The position numbers were made by a program, and so were the translations under genes. A stretch of 64,000 bases of DNA from Polyangiales bacterium (GTDB taxonomy: Bacteria > Myxococcota_A > Polyangia > Polyangiales > Houyiibacteriaceae). Where the stretch lies: positions 160,001 through 224,000 of the forward strand of contig JBGCFM010000039.1 of the NCBI GenBank assembly GCA_045106895.1. The letters run 5' to 3'. The notes beneath the pieces are model-generated. The model did not search any database and had not been told where the DNA came from. It saw only the letters and a list, made by a program, of their open reading frames with translations. Every line of letters starts with the position of its first letter. Position 1 is the stretch's first letter. Of this stretch, positions 47,832 to 58,101 are shown piece after piece.

Positions 47832-48752
47832 ATGAGCATTCAGCTTCATCGTCTTGAGGGCTTCTACTGGGTCGCCCGCGAGGGGGGATACGCCGCCGCC
47901 GCGCGCGCTTTTCCGTACCCCATCACGCAGCCCGGCGTTCACGCGCAGGTAAGGAAACTCGAAGCTGAGATTGGCGCGGCGCTTTTCGAACGCGTCGCTC
48001 ACGACCGCGTCACTCCCACGAGCGCTGGGGAGGAGCTCTTCGGGTTTTGTGCGCCTTTCTTCGAAGGCCTCGATGCAGCGATCCATCGCGCCGTGCATGC
48101 GAAACAAGTCCTCCGTATCGACGCCGGGCAGCTCGAACTTGCCCACCTCTTGCCGGACTGGATTCACAAACTGCGACGAAGCCACAGCGAAGTCGAAGTC
48201 CAGCTCTTCGAGCGTGAGTCCCCCAACTTCGAGCGGCTACGAACCGGGCAGGTCGACCTAGCCATCGACCACTTCGATGAGGTGCCGCCGGATCTCGACA
48301 GCCGAGTCGTCGCGCATCACACGGTGTTTCTTTTAAGCCCGAGCGCGCCAAAGAACCCGACAAAACGCACCGCGAGCGCTGCCTCAAAACGCGCACGCAA
48401 AGCGTCCCCAGCGAAGGTGGCGGAGATGCTCGCGGCGAACCCCTTCGTGGGTTTCCCCAGCGGCTCACGCGAACGCAGCATTCAGCTCGGCCCGCTGCTG
48501 GCCCTCGGCATGAAGCCTGACATCCGTGCCTCCGCCAGCACCGTCATGGGTATCCTCTCCCTTGTGCGCGCAGGCCTCGGCGTGTCGCTGGTGCCCTGGC
48601 CCACCAAAGCCGGACCGCACCTTGAGGGCGTGACGACACACCGCGTCGACGCCGAAGGGGCGAGCTTTCCGATTCATGCGATCTGGTCCAAGCAGCGCAC
48701 GGACCTCGAGGCCATTCACGCGGCTCTCGCCGCAGGGGGAGTCCGCCCATGA
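47832..48752 (+). CDS. LysR family transcriptional regulator (divergent)
   Basis: LHRLEGFYWVAREGGYAAAARAFPYPITQPGVHAQVRKLE; LVRAGLGVSLVP. Confidence 0.85.
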   Translation: MSIQLHRLEGFYWVAREGGYAAAARAFPYPITQPGVHAQVRKLEAEIGAALFERVAHDRVTPTSAGEELFGFCAPFFEGLDAAIHRAVHAKQVLRIDAGQLELAHLLPDWIHKLRRSHSEVEVQLFERESPNFERLRTGQVDLAIDHFDEVPPDLDSRVVAHHTVFLLSPSAPKNPTKRTASAASKRARKASPAKVAEMLAANPFVGFPSGSRERSIQLGPLLALGMKPDIRASASTVMGILSLVRAGLGVSLVPWPTKAGPHLEGVTTHRVDAEGASFPIHAIWSKQRTDLEAIHAALAAGGVRP

Positions 48753-51700
48753 CCTCCGTTTGCGATGCCAACCCGATCCTGACGACACTCGACGGGCCCG
48801 ACGCCATCCGGCAGCTCAGGGCGCTACGCGAATCGCTCCCTTACGCCACTGGGCTGCGTGAGCTCGCGGCGGCGATGCCGACATCCGTCGCGCAGCTCTC
48901 GAGCGAGCTGGCGTGGGAGCTGAGCCGCCTCGCGCGCGCTCTTTCACTCCACGCACCGAAGAGCCCCGACGACGTCAAAGACCTCCCGCCTCTCGTGCGC
49001 GCTCACTGGCGACAAACCCAGCTCCTATGCGGGGACGACAGCTGGCTCCGCGTGGCAAGCGACCGAGAGCTCTCCGAAGCCGTCGCGAGCTCTACGCTTC
49101 GCGCCCGGAACGCCGCGCCGGTCTTCGACAGACTCGCGCGCGCCGACGACCGACGCCTCCGGCATGTCGTCTTTCGCGACATCGGCGCGTGCGTCGCCAA
49201 CTTGAGCATCTCCCCGGCACAAACGCTGCCCATCCTTGCGCGACTCAGCGAAGACTCCGACGAGACCATTCGCCGCGAGAGCCTCCGCCTCCTCGCCGCG
49301 CCTTGGCTCTTTGCGCTGACGAACGCCGCGGGTCGTCGCCGTGTCCGTGCCCTCGAATCCGCCCTCGAGGCGTCCCTCGAAGACAAGGAAGATGGAGTCT
49401 CCCTAGCGGCTCTCGACGCCCTCGCGGTGCTTGGTGAGCCACGGCTCATCCTGGCTTGTTTCGCCGACGAAGAGGCCTCCACCTCCGTGCGCAGGCGCGC
49501 CCTCGAACACCTCGCCTCCGTCGGCGAAGAAGCACACATCCCGGCGATGCTTCGGCTCGGTCTCGAAGACCCCCTGGCCTACGCTTCCGCCACCTGTGCG
49601 GCTTTGCTGGCGATGCACCGGCGCGGAGTTTTCATCCGCGAGCCCCACCTCGTCCCGCTTCTTGCGCTCTACGACGCCCACGAAGCCTTCACCGGAGAGG
49701 AGCTGGTGCGCGTCAGCTACCTAGTCCGCGCCGAGCTGTTGGCGCTCTTGGCCGAGCTGCCGAGCGACGACACGCGTTGGGCCCAGCGCGCCGATATCCT
49801 CGCGCACTCCTTTGGCACCGGCGCCCACCTGCACATCGCCGAGCTGTTGAAGAACGTCGCGCTGTCGGAGCGCGCTGTGCCGCGCGTCGTCGCCGCGCTC
49901 TTGCACGCCGCTGCAGCCTCCGCGGAGTTCAGCGAATGCGAGCTCGCGCTTCCCTTCTACGACGCGATGCCCGAGCGCGTGCTGACGCTCCTCCGTGCCA
50001 AAGGCGACCGCTCCCATGCCCCCATGCTCCTCGCTGACGCTTGCCACCCCGGCTGCCCTGCGCTTCTGCGCCGCTCCCTCATCGATGTCCTCTGGACCCT
50101 CTCCGACGAGCGTGACGCAACATTGCACGCCCTCGCAGCCGAACTCGGCCCCTATCAAAGCGGACTGCTGAAACGAGCCAAAGCTCATCAAGATCGTCGC
50201 GTCGCGAAACTCGTCGCCGAAGCTCCTTGGCCCGAGAGCTCCGAGCGCCACAGCGAGTCACTCGACGCCTCCGGCCGCCTGAAGATCTACGCCGAGAGCG
50301 GCGACTTGCGCCGGCGCGAAGAGCTCGTCGCTCAGTTCCGGCTGGCCTACCGCCAATGCCTGGCCAAGGCGCTCTCGGGAGATTTTTCCGCGAAACGCAT
50401 CGAGCTCCCGCAGCTCGAACAACAGCTCTTCGTCTACGGACGTCACCTCGTAAGCGACGGCCGACGCGTTCGCCCTTGGCATCACGCATCCCCAGAGACA
50501 GGGCGCGATTTCGTCTTGCAGGTCCTGTGTGAATGGCTCCGTGAAACGCCCGACGACTCCGTCACCGTCGCGCTCCTCGAGAGCATCGGCAGACAAGCCC
50601 CAAGCGGCGCGGTGCTCCGCGAGATCGAAGTATTCTGGCGTCATCGAAACCCCGGAGTGCAGCGCGCGGCTCTTGAAGCCATCCTCGCGTCACCAAGCGA
50701 TGAGCACGGCCTCGAGCTGTCCATCAGCCAGCTCAGCGCAAAGGCCACGGACACTCGGGTTCTCGTCCAGGCGCTCCGTGGCATGGCGGCGCTCGGCGCG
50801 AACTGGGCCGCGCCGCTGGCGGCCCGCTGCCTCGAACACCCGAACATGTCCGTCAAAAAGGAAGCCGCCGAGGCCCTCGCCGCCCTGGACGTTGGAGTGC
50901 ACGCGGAATCCATCAGCCGGCAGCTGGTGGCCTGGCTCGGCCGACACGACAACTCCGGCTTTCGCAGCGTGCTCAAACGCGCGCTTCAACGCTGCGCCGG
51001 AGAGATGCAGGTCGCGTGGCTGGTCTTCGCCGCCGAAGAGAGCGACGACCCACGCACGCTCACGTTGCTGTGTGATGCGCTCAGCGGACTGCTGAGCAAG
51101 GAGACTCTTGTCCGCTTCGCCCGCGAAGAACGTCTGCCGGAACTCATCGACGCCTGCGTCCAAGGAGACACGCGGGTCGTGGACGCGAGCAAGTCCGAAG
51201 TCGCCGCGCTGCTTCATCGTGCATTCCCCGACGCGGGCCACGTGGACCCAAACGAGAGCGCCGTCTACAGACTCGAAGTCCACGGGTTCTCCGACGCCGA
51301 CGCGAGGGCAGCGCTCGAAGAGCGAGCCCGTGGCGACGAGGGAGCGGACGCGGCACTGCAGAAGCTCGCGGGCAACAACCTCGCCCAGTGGCTCCGGTGG
51401 CAAAACCAGCTCCAGAGTGACGTAAAGTCGGGACTCGCCGCCTCGCGCTGCGCCGCGCTCATCCTCGCTTCATCGAAGAGCGCGGAGGGTCCGCACCAAT
51501 CTACGCTCTTCGATGTCGCGGAAAACCTCGGAGCGGCACTCAACGTGACGACAGGCGATGAAGCACGCCGATGGGGCGAGGCGCTCTTCACGTTCATCAC
51601 GCGGTGCACGTCTATCAAGGAGGAGCGCACCCGCGTCCTACGTTTGCTTCGTCGCCTCGGCGAAGAAGCGCCCGTCTCCGGCGCACAACGTTTTCGGCTT

Positions 51701-53038
51701 CTTCCTGCGTTCGGCGGCGTTCGTACGCGCGCAGACCTTGAATGCTGCCTCCGTCAGAGCGCCCGCGGGCCGAGCTACGCAAGCGAGAGCCGGGCGATGC
51801 TCACCGAGGCCTTCGCCATCGCACCGAAGTCCCACGGAGAAACCGAGGAGGAGACGGCGCTGCGAGACGTCGCCGAAGGCTGGCCGAGTCTCGACACGGC
51901 ACATCAACACAAGTGGCTCGACGAGACCTGTGCGCGGCGACCCATCGACGTACCTCCGCTTCCACAGCCCGAGCGCCCCCGGCGACCGCCCCGAGGCGCG
52001 AGCCTCGGCGAAGTGAACGTCCTCGTCGACGCTCTCAACGGCGGCAGCACGCAAGAAGCGCAAGAAGCGGCGGTTCGCCTTCTGGCTTTGGACGAGGCCC
52101 ACGCCGCCTGGTCCGCCGTTCTCCGTGCCTACCTCGAAGGGCGCGTCAACGTGCCGCATCCCAAACGACTCGCCCTCGCGCACCTGCTGCAAGGGTGGCC
52201 AAAGGAAAACGCCGCCCACCAACGCGCCGCGGCGCTGGTGGTAGGTCTCGCTCACCAATCTCTCCCAGAGTTCGCCGAGCTTCATCGCCGTCTCATCAAA
52301 GAGTGGTTGGCGCGCTGGCGCGAAGGCGACGAGCACGTTCTACCGCTGCTTCAGGACGCGGGACAGCGACTGCTTCCTTTCGTCGACGCCGCGTGCAACG
52401 CAGGCGACTTCAGTCTGGTGTTCCTCCTCCGCTTTCGACCGGAACGTTTTCTTCATCACGTGGGCGAGCACCCGGAAGTCGAGCGACTTCTCGCCGAAAC
52501 ACCCGCCGCTCAAGAAGAGCCCGACGATTCCCTCGAAGACCCTCTTGAGGGTATCGATTCCGCCGGCCTCCTCGCCCTCGCCCGGGCGAAGGACACGGCC
52601 AAAGGCCTCGCCGTTCGCGCCGTCCACGCCCTCGGACGAAGCCAATCACCCGCGGACATCGAGGCCCTCGAAGAGCTCACGAAGGCGCGCCGTCCAGGGG
52701 TGCGAAGCGCCGCGCTTCGTGTGTTTCATCGCATCGTCGACAAGGAGCGCGCCCTCGCCGTCTCCTTCGAGGTGCTTCAGATCGAGACGCGTCCAGACGT
52801 CGCCCTTTCCCTGATGCGCCGCCTCGCCCACGCGCGCTACGCGCCCGCGCTCCCCCTGCTCATCGAGCGGCTTTCGCACCACGACACGCACCTTCGCCAG
52901 CACGCGCATCGCGCGATTCTCGCGTGGGGCGCGAGCGCGATCAAGACACTGCGCCGGGCCGCCAAGAAGGCGCGACCCGATCGGAGGCCCGCCATCCTCG
53001 CCTTGGCGGCGGAGCTGAACGCGGTCGAAGGCACGTAG
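48749..53038 (+). CDS. large HEAT/ARM-repeat-like protein (1429 aa)
   Basis: Repeated L..D....VR..AL..L units (e.g. LSEDSDETIRRESLRLL, HRNPGVQRAALEAI, HPNMSVKKEAAEAL); ATGA overlap with the LysR. Confidence 0.75.
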   Translation: MTSVCDANPILTTLDGPDAIRQLRALRESLPYATGLRELAAAMPTSVAQLSSELAWELSRLARALSLHAPKSPDDVKDLPPLVRAHWRQTQLLCGDDSWLRVASDRELSEAVASSTLRARNAAPVFDRLARADDRRLRHVVFRDIGACVANLSISPAQTLPILARLSEDSDETIRRESLRLLAAPWLFALTNAAGRRRVRALESALEASLEDKEDGVSLAALDALAVLGEPRLILACFADEEASTSVRRRALEHLASVGEEAHIPAMLRLGLEDPLAYASATCAALLAMHRRGVFIREPHLVPLLALYDAHEAFTGEELVRVSYLVRAELLALLAELPSDDTRWAQRADILAHSFGTGAHLHIAELLKNVALSERAVPRVVAALLHAAAASAEFSECELALPFYDAMPERVLTLLRAKGDRSHAPMLLADACHPGCPALLRRSLIDVLWTLSDERDATLHALAAELGPYQSGLLKRAKAHQDRRVAKLVAEAPWPESSERHSESLDASGRLKIYAESGDLRRREELVAQFRLAYRQCLAKALSGDFSAKRIELPQLEQQLFVYGRHLVSDGRRVRPWHHASPETGRDFVLQVLCEWLRETPDDSVTVALLESIGRQAPSGAVLREIEVFWRHRNPGVQRAALEAILASPSDEHGLELSISQLSAKATDTRVLVQALRGMAALGANWAAPLAARCLEHPNMSVKKEAAEALAALDVGVHAESISRQLVAWLGRHDNSGFRSVLKRALQRCAGEMQVAWLVFAAEESDDPRTLTLLCDALSGLLSKETLVRFAREERLPELIDACVQGDTRVVDASKSEVAALLHRAFPDAGHVDPNESAVYRLEVHGFSDADARAALEERARGDEGADAALQKLAGNNLAQWLRWQNQLQSDVKSGLAASRCAALILASSKSAEGPHQSTLFDVAENLGAALNVTTGDEARRWGEALFTFITRCTSIKEERTRVLRLLRRLGEEAPVSGAQRFRLLPAFGGVRTRADLECCLRQSARGPSYASESRAMLTEAFAIAPKSHGETEEETALRDVAEGWPSLDTAHQHKWLDETCARRPIDVPPLPQPERPRRPPRGASLGEVNVLVDALNGGSTQEAQEAAVRLLALDEAHAAWSAVLRAYLEGRVNVPHPKRLALAHLLQGWPKENAAHQRAAALVVGLAHQSLPEFAELHRRLIKEWLARWREGDEHVLPLLQDAGQRLLPFVDAACNAGDFSLVFLLRFRPERFLHHVGEHPEVERLLAETPAAQEEPDDSLEDPLEGIDSAGLLALARAKDTAKGLAVRAVHALGRSQSPADIEALEELTKARRPGVRSAALRVFHRIVDKERALAVSFEVLQIETRPDVALSLMRRLAHARYAPALPLLIERLSHHDTHLRQHAHRAILAWGASAIKTLRRAAKKARPDRRPAILALAAELNAVEGT

Positions 53039-53062
53039 AAAACGCCGTTCGGCGTTCCAAAC

Positions 53063-53088
53063 AAAAAGTGAACCACGCTCACTTTTTT
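53063..53088. terminator. hairpin with flanking A/T tracts (possible terminator)
   Basis: aaaaagtga-accacgc-tcacttttt; a second hairpin aacgcc-gttc-ggcgtt at 53041-53056. Confidence 0.5.
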
Positions 53089-53123
53089 ATTGCACCTGTC
53101 CTTAGGCCCCCCCACTCTTTGGA

Positions 53124-54329
53124 ATGCGGCAGACACACTTTCTCTTCGGCGCCTGTATTCTGGCGTCTGGCTGTGCTCTCTCCCACCAACCAGTAAACGA
53201 CAGCGGCGCTGCCGACGCCGGCTTCGACGTGCCCGCATTCGACGCGGGCCCCTTCCGATGCGACGGCGTTCGCGTCGGCGCCGAGCACGATCTCATCAAC
53301 GAATGGAACGCGACGGGTCCCAGCATCGTGGCCTTACCCCGTGGCGAGGTCGGCGTGTTCACGCTTAGCGCCCCTCTCAGCATCGCGCGCGCAAACTACC
53401 AACGGCTCAACGCGAACTTGGAGCGCATCGGCGAGTCCATGGTCCTCCTCGACCCCTCCGGAGGCCACACGGTTCCGGCATTCGTCGGGGATACCATGTA
53501 CGTCAGCCATCGGGAACGTGGGTCGAGCGCCGGGGACGGCAGCTTGTTAACGCCCTTTACCAGCGAAGGCGCTGTTGCGGGGCCGGTCACGCAAGTGGCA
53601 GAAGACGAACCGCCCTTCCTGAGTCCTGCCGCCGGTGGGCTGTTCTGGTTCTCGCTACGCTTCTTTCCGGAGGAGACGATCCGCGCAGCACACATCAGCA
53701 CGGATGGAGAGCTCCTCCATGACGTCGTCGAGATCCCCAGCGGCAATCTCATCCGCGGAACCCGTGCCGTGCCCGTCCATGGTGGCAGCGCGCATGTCCT
53801 CACATACTCTCGCAATACGGTGGACAGGTTCCCGCGGGTCAGCGTCGGTTTCGTCAATAGGATCCGAACGGACGGAACCTTCGGCCCGGAGCGACAGCTC
53901 GGCGAGGACGCCGTCATCTCCGTGACGCCTGTGGTCATTCGAAACGAACTCGTCCTCGTGCGACACCAGAGCGATGCCCTCGTCATCGAGCGCGCGAACA
54001 TCGACACGCTGGAGCGCATCGAAGAGTTTCGCTTCGACCCCATCACGGACCAACCGCTCGTCGCGCAGCTCGGGGGCCGACTGCTCGTGATTCACTTCCA
54101 AGCGGAGACCTCGCAAATGCACGTCGATGACTTCGGGCGCGATTTTTCGGAGCCCACACGCCTGAGCATCGAGCTGGACGGCCCCGCCTATCAGAACGGG
54201 TCCGTCGTCGAGTCCCCCGCCACTCGATCCTCCAGCGCAGGGGTGGTCATCACCAACCTCCTGCAGCCAGGAACAAGCGTCTACCCCTGGCTCGTTCGGC
54301 TCGTCTGCGAAAACTCAGTCGACGGCTAA
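53124..54329 (+). CDS. hypothetical lipoprotein
   Basis: LASGC lipobox; DAG linker; beta-rich body. Confidence 0.72.
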   Translation: MRQTHFLFGACILASGCALSHQPVNDSGAADAGFDVPAFDAGPFRCDGVRVGAEHDLINEWNATGPSIVALPRGEVGVFTLSAPLSIARANYQRLNANLERIGESMVLLDPSGGHTVPAFVGDTMYVSHRERGSSAGDGSLLTPFTSEGAVAGPVTQVAEDEPPFLSPAAGGLFWFSLRFFPEETIRAAHISTDGELLHDVVEIPSGNLIRGTRAVPVHGGSAHVLTYSRNTVDRFPRVSVGFVNRIRTDGTFGPERQLGEDAVISVTPVVIRNELVLVRHQSDALVIERANIDTLERIEEFRFDPITDQPLVAQLGGRLLVIHFQAETSQMHVDDFGRDFSEPTRLSIELDGPAYQNGSVVESPATRSSSAGVVITNLLQPGTSVYPWLVRLVCENSVDG

Positions 54330-54550
54330 GTCCGCGCCGCCGCGTTTTCGCCGAGCGCTAGCGTCGCGAGGCTAAGGTCGTGCACGCCACGTTCGTTCCT
54401 CCTCTGGTTCAGCAGCGTTCGACGTGGCGCCCGACGCCGGTCCCGTGGAATGCGAGGGCGTCTTCTCGAGTCGCCTTCGTCCTTATTTTCCCTCCAACCC
54501 CGCTTAGATGCGTGGACACCTGGGGCGGACTTCTCACATTATCGCCACTA

Positions 54551-55511
54551 GTGAACGAGCCTCCCAAACCGCCCACGATCCCAGGGTCTCGCCTGGCGAA
54601 GCTTCTTCGTCCGCGGAAAGCAACACGGCATTGAAAGCCGCTTCTGGGCGCCCGCGGAAATCCGCGACTTGATGCACGTCGTCGACGTGCGCTACGCGAG
54701 TGAAATCGTCCAAGAAGACGTCCCCTACCATCAGGGCAAACGCCAGGCGCGCTATCGCGTCTTCTATTGCGAAGGCGCCCGTCGCGACCCCATTCCGTGC
54801 GATGATGAGGGGCGAACCATCAAGCTCGGCGACCATTTGCACAAAATCGTCAAGGGCTCAGCACTCCTCCCCGTTGCAGCCGACATTGCCGGCGAAGACC
54901 TCTTGGAGCTTCCCAAAGACGCCTACTACACCTACGAAGGTCCCAGCCAAGTCCCAGACCCTCGCGGGAAAGGAGCCGAAGAGCGCTTCGCACTTCGCGT
55001 TCGTGCTGGCAAAAACAAGACCCTCCACCACCTCACCCGCGAAGCCTTCAGCGAGGCCTTCACTCTGGCAGCAAGCCACTACATCTCCTTCATCGAATCC
55101 AGACGCCCTACCGGCGCCCCAAAAGCCACCTGGTTTGACGAAGTCGAGCAGGAGTGGACCTTCGGCGAAGAGCACCCCCTCAAGGCAGGTCGCTTCCAGT
55201 TCTGGAACCGCGATGGAACGCCCAAAGCCGAGCGGCACTACAAGGCAGGCGTACTCCACGGACCCTTCAGCCAACACTATCCCGACGGCACCCTCGCCTG
55301 CGCGGGCGCGTACGCACAGGGTGTTCTTCATGGCGCGGTCATCTACCAACGCAACCACGAGAAGTTCCCACGCGGCATCGAGAAGTTTCCGCGCGGCGTC
55401 CACGGCAACATATGGAGGGTGGAAGTCGACTACGATCGCGGAACTGAAATGAGCCGGCGTTTCTTCGGGGAGAGCGGTGCCGCAACGGACGAGCGAGGCG
55501 AGACGCTCTAA
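54551..55511 (+). CDS. MORN-variant (YwqK-like) repeat protein, 5' end probably frameshifted
   Basis: FWNRDGTPKAERHYKAGVLHG, YPDGTLACAGAYAQGVLHG; the coding frame extends to 54555 without a start codon; VNEPPKPPTIP begins in another frame at 54551. Confidence 0.6.
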
Positions 55512-55587
55512 TTTCCCGTGTGAGCATGGGACGAGCGTCGTCTTCGGCGATGACTCTCGCGGCCAAGGCAGTTGAGCGCGGCTGGCG

Positions 55588-57945
55588 TCAGTCGACGGTG
55601 ATGGACTTCGAGACGTTCTTCGGCACGTCAGGATGCACGCCATGCTCCTGTACACCGAGCGCATCTAAGTACGCGCGCTTCTTATTGCTCATCGCGAGCG
55701 CCAGGAGCTGCAGCGCCACCGTCGCCGTAAACACCGTTTGCGTTGTGTCGCCCGTGCGCGGAAGCGCGATGTAAACGTGGCGGTAGCCCTCGCGCCCCGC
55801 CGGGACGCCGGACGCCGCTGCGCGCAAACGCTCGTTCTCTTCGGCGACGACGACCACCGTAGCCCCACGAATCTTGTGCGTGTGAATCTGCGAGATGGTC
55901 AGGTCGACGTCTCGCTCCGCAGGCCCCGTAACGAAGACGAGGGGGTAGTCCGCGTAGAGCGCGTCCATATGGGTGCCCAGTGCCGCACGCACGGCGTCGC
56001 CGCCTGCGCCTCCTTCGACGTCCTTGGCCACGCGCTCGAGGAGCGCCTGCACGCCGTCGGGTCCGAAGATGGTGTTGAACCCAAGGATCGTGTTTCGACC
56101 GTGCTTGAACTCGGAGCCCTCGAAGCCCTCCGTGTGGTTGAGAACAACCTCGCGAATCTTCAGCGCGCCTTCTTTGGCCACCGCCGAGAGACGCGTCGCG
56201 AGGAGGTGCATACTCGGCGCCAGGTACAGCACTTCGGCGGCCTCGTTCACGGCGTCTTGCGTGCTCGCAAGCGCACCCGTGAGGAGCGCAGGCAGGTCCG
56301 CATGAGGCCCGACATCGCGCTTGCGTTGAACGCCGAGGCGATGTGCAAGCCCGTAGAGAAGCGCGAGCTGGTTGATGAAGCTCTTCGTCGCGGGCACAGC
56401 GATTTCAGGTCCGCATCGAAGCGGCACGACGACGTCCGCGCGCTCCTGCGCCAACGTGGAGTTGAGGTTATTCACAAAAGCGATGCACGGAAGCGCGTGC
56501 GTTTCGCGCGACTGGTCGAGGACGTCGATGAGATCCTTCGTCTCGCCACTCTGGCTGATAGCCACGAATACGTCGGACTCACGGAGCATGCCTGTGTACT
56601 GACCACGGAACTCGCCGGGCAAGAGCGGCAGCACTTCGAGTCCTGCGAGCTCGGAGAAGAAGAGCGAGCCGGCGCGTGCGGCATGGTAGCTCGTTCCACA
56701 GCAAACCAGGAAGATGCGCCCGCCGGAGTTCGACGCGCGATCGAAGAGTTCGCACACCCGGTCGAGGGCGTCGTTGAGGGCGTGAGACTCTTCGTACTCA
56801 AGGGCCGCGTCGATGCCGCGGAGAGTATTCACGTGCTCAGGCATCAGCGCTGAAAGCTCGGCGAAGAGCGCCGCTTCGGAGCTATGAAGGGCCCCGTCCG
56901 CGGCGGCCCCGATCTGAGCGAGGACGGGAAGCGCCACGCTCGTTGTCGCCACGTCGTCCATGAGCGCCATCGAGCTCGTGCTCTGGTCTACGCGACCGAG
57001 GAGCGTGCGAATCGCGTCCCCGTCCACCGCGGCGGAAGCGTACGCCTTCGCCGCCTCGGAGCCGCCGGACAACATGCGCAGGACGTCGGCACAGGTCCCG
57101 GGTTGCGCGGCGATCTCTTGCGCCATGAACGTGTCGAAGTTCTCCGCGAGGGCCGTATCCTGCGAACGGAGTTTGCTCCGGGCAGGAACACGCTCACAGA
57201 CGCGCCCCTCGGGGCTGCCATCGATCGCGCGCACCTCGAAATGGTCCGCTCCGTAGATCACGAACTCGCCCGAGGAGAGCGGTACGAGCTGGTGGGTAAA
57301 CTGCAGCACAGACGAGAGGTCGGAGGACGCGAGGGCGAACTTCCCTCCCTCATCCTCGCCGACACCAAAGTACAAGCTCGAGCCACGCTTGATGGTGCAC
57401 ATCGTCTTCGTCACCGGGTCGACGACGACGGCGGCAAAGCTCCCGCGAAGCTTGGCCGAGGCCTTCACCACTGCGCTTCGGAGAGCAGGCAATCGCTCGG
57501 CCCCGCCTTCGAGGGCTTCGGCGAAATAGTGCTCCACCGTGTGGACGACCATCTCTCCGTCGTTGTCGCTGACAACCTGATGACCTTCGCGGGTGAGCCA
57601 CGCCTTCACCTCATCGGTGTTGTTGACGTTTCCGTTGTGGGCTCCGTAGAGAAACGTCTTGCAGCGGACCACGTGTGGCTGCGCGTTCGCCTCGTCGACG
57701 GCGCCAAAGGTCGCCCATCGAACCTGACCGCAGAACACGCGACCACTCAGCTCCACGATGCCGAGGGAATGGATCAGGGTGCTAGGCGCGCCGACGCCTT
57801 TGCGGAGCGTGACCTCGTCTCCCTCTTGGATCGCCGCGCCGGTCGAGTCGTAGCCTCGGTATTGGAGGCTCTCGAGGAGACGGCCGGCGACGGGGCCGAT
57901 CTCGGCTCGTTCAACTTCGTGGATATATCCGATGACTCCGCACAT
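55588..57945 (-). CDS. glmS: glutamine-fructose-6-phosphate transaminase-like protein (divergent, 785 aa)
   Basis: MCG N-terminal nucleophile, YRGYDS, RWAT, CGTSYHA, SQSGET, GPEIAV.ATK, EGALK, C-terminal PKNVSKSITVD. Confidence 0.85.
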   Translation of the reverse strand: MCGVIGYIHEVERAEIGPVAGRLLESLQYRGYDSTGAAIQEGDEVTLRKGVGAPSTLIHSLGIVELSGRVFCGQVRWATFGAVDEANAQPHVVRCKTFLYGAHNGNVNNTDEVKAWLTREGHQVVSDNDGEMVVHTVEHYFAEALEGGAERLPALRSAVVKASAKLRGSFAAVVVDPVTKTMCTIKRGSSLYFGVGEDEGGKFALASSDLSSVLQFTHQLVPLSSGEFVIYGADHFEVRAIDGSPEGRVCERVPARSKLRSQDTALAENFDTFMAQEIAAQPGTCADVLRMLSGGSEAAKAYASAAVDGDAIRTLLGRVDQSTSSMALMDDVATTSVALPVLAQIGAAADGALHSSEAALFAELSALMPEHVNTLRGIDAALEYEESHALNDALDRVCELFDRASNSGGRIFLVCCGTSYHAARAGSLFFSELAGLEVLPLLPGEFRGQYTGMLRESDVFVAISQSGETKDLIDVLDQSRETHALPCIAFVNNLNSTLAQERADVVVPLRCGPEIAVPATKSFINQLALLYGLAHRLGVQRKRDVGPHADLPALLTGALASTQDAVNEAAEVLYLAPSMHLLATRLSAVAKEGALKIREVVLNHTEGFEGSEFKHGRNTILGFNTIFGPDGVQALLERVAKDVEGGAGGDAVRAALGTHMDALYADYPLVFVTGPAERDVDLTISQIHTHKIRGATVVVVAEENERLRAAASGVPAGREGYRHVYIALPRTGDTTQTVFTATVALQLLALAMSNKKRAYLDALGVQEHGVHPDVPKNVSKSITVD

Positions 57946-58101
57946 CCCCCCGGCCTACCACTGGCCCAAGCTGGGCGCCCGTCTCCGGTGTGCGCTTCCT
58001 TCGATATTCGTGCTACTTCCTCGGAAAACGCGGCCCGGCAAAAGAGGGGGCACTCACGAGAGTTTTTGCTAGAGTCGCGGCTTAGTAACTCAGGAGACAT
58101 C

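Noticed and set aside
56884..58101. Long N-terminal extension of the 58509-ending ORF
   Set aside because: It overlaps glmS antisense; the real start is ATG 58102 with an AGGAG RBS and a signal peptide.
57946..58101. glmS ribozyme upstream of glmS
   Set aside because: I could not recognise the conserved core by eye, and the short region is shared with a divergent promoter; an Rfam scan would settle it.
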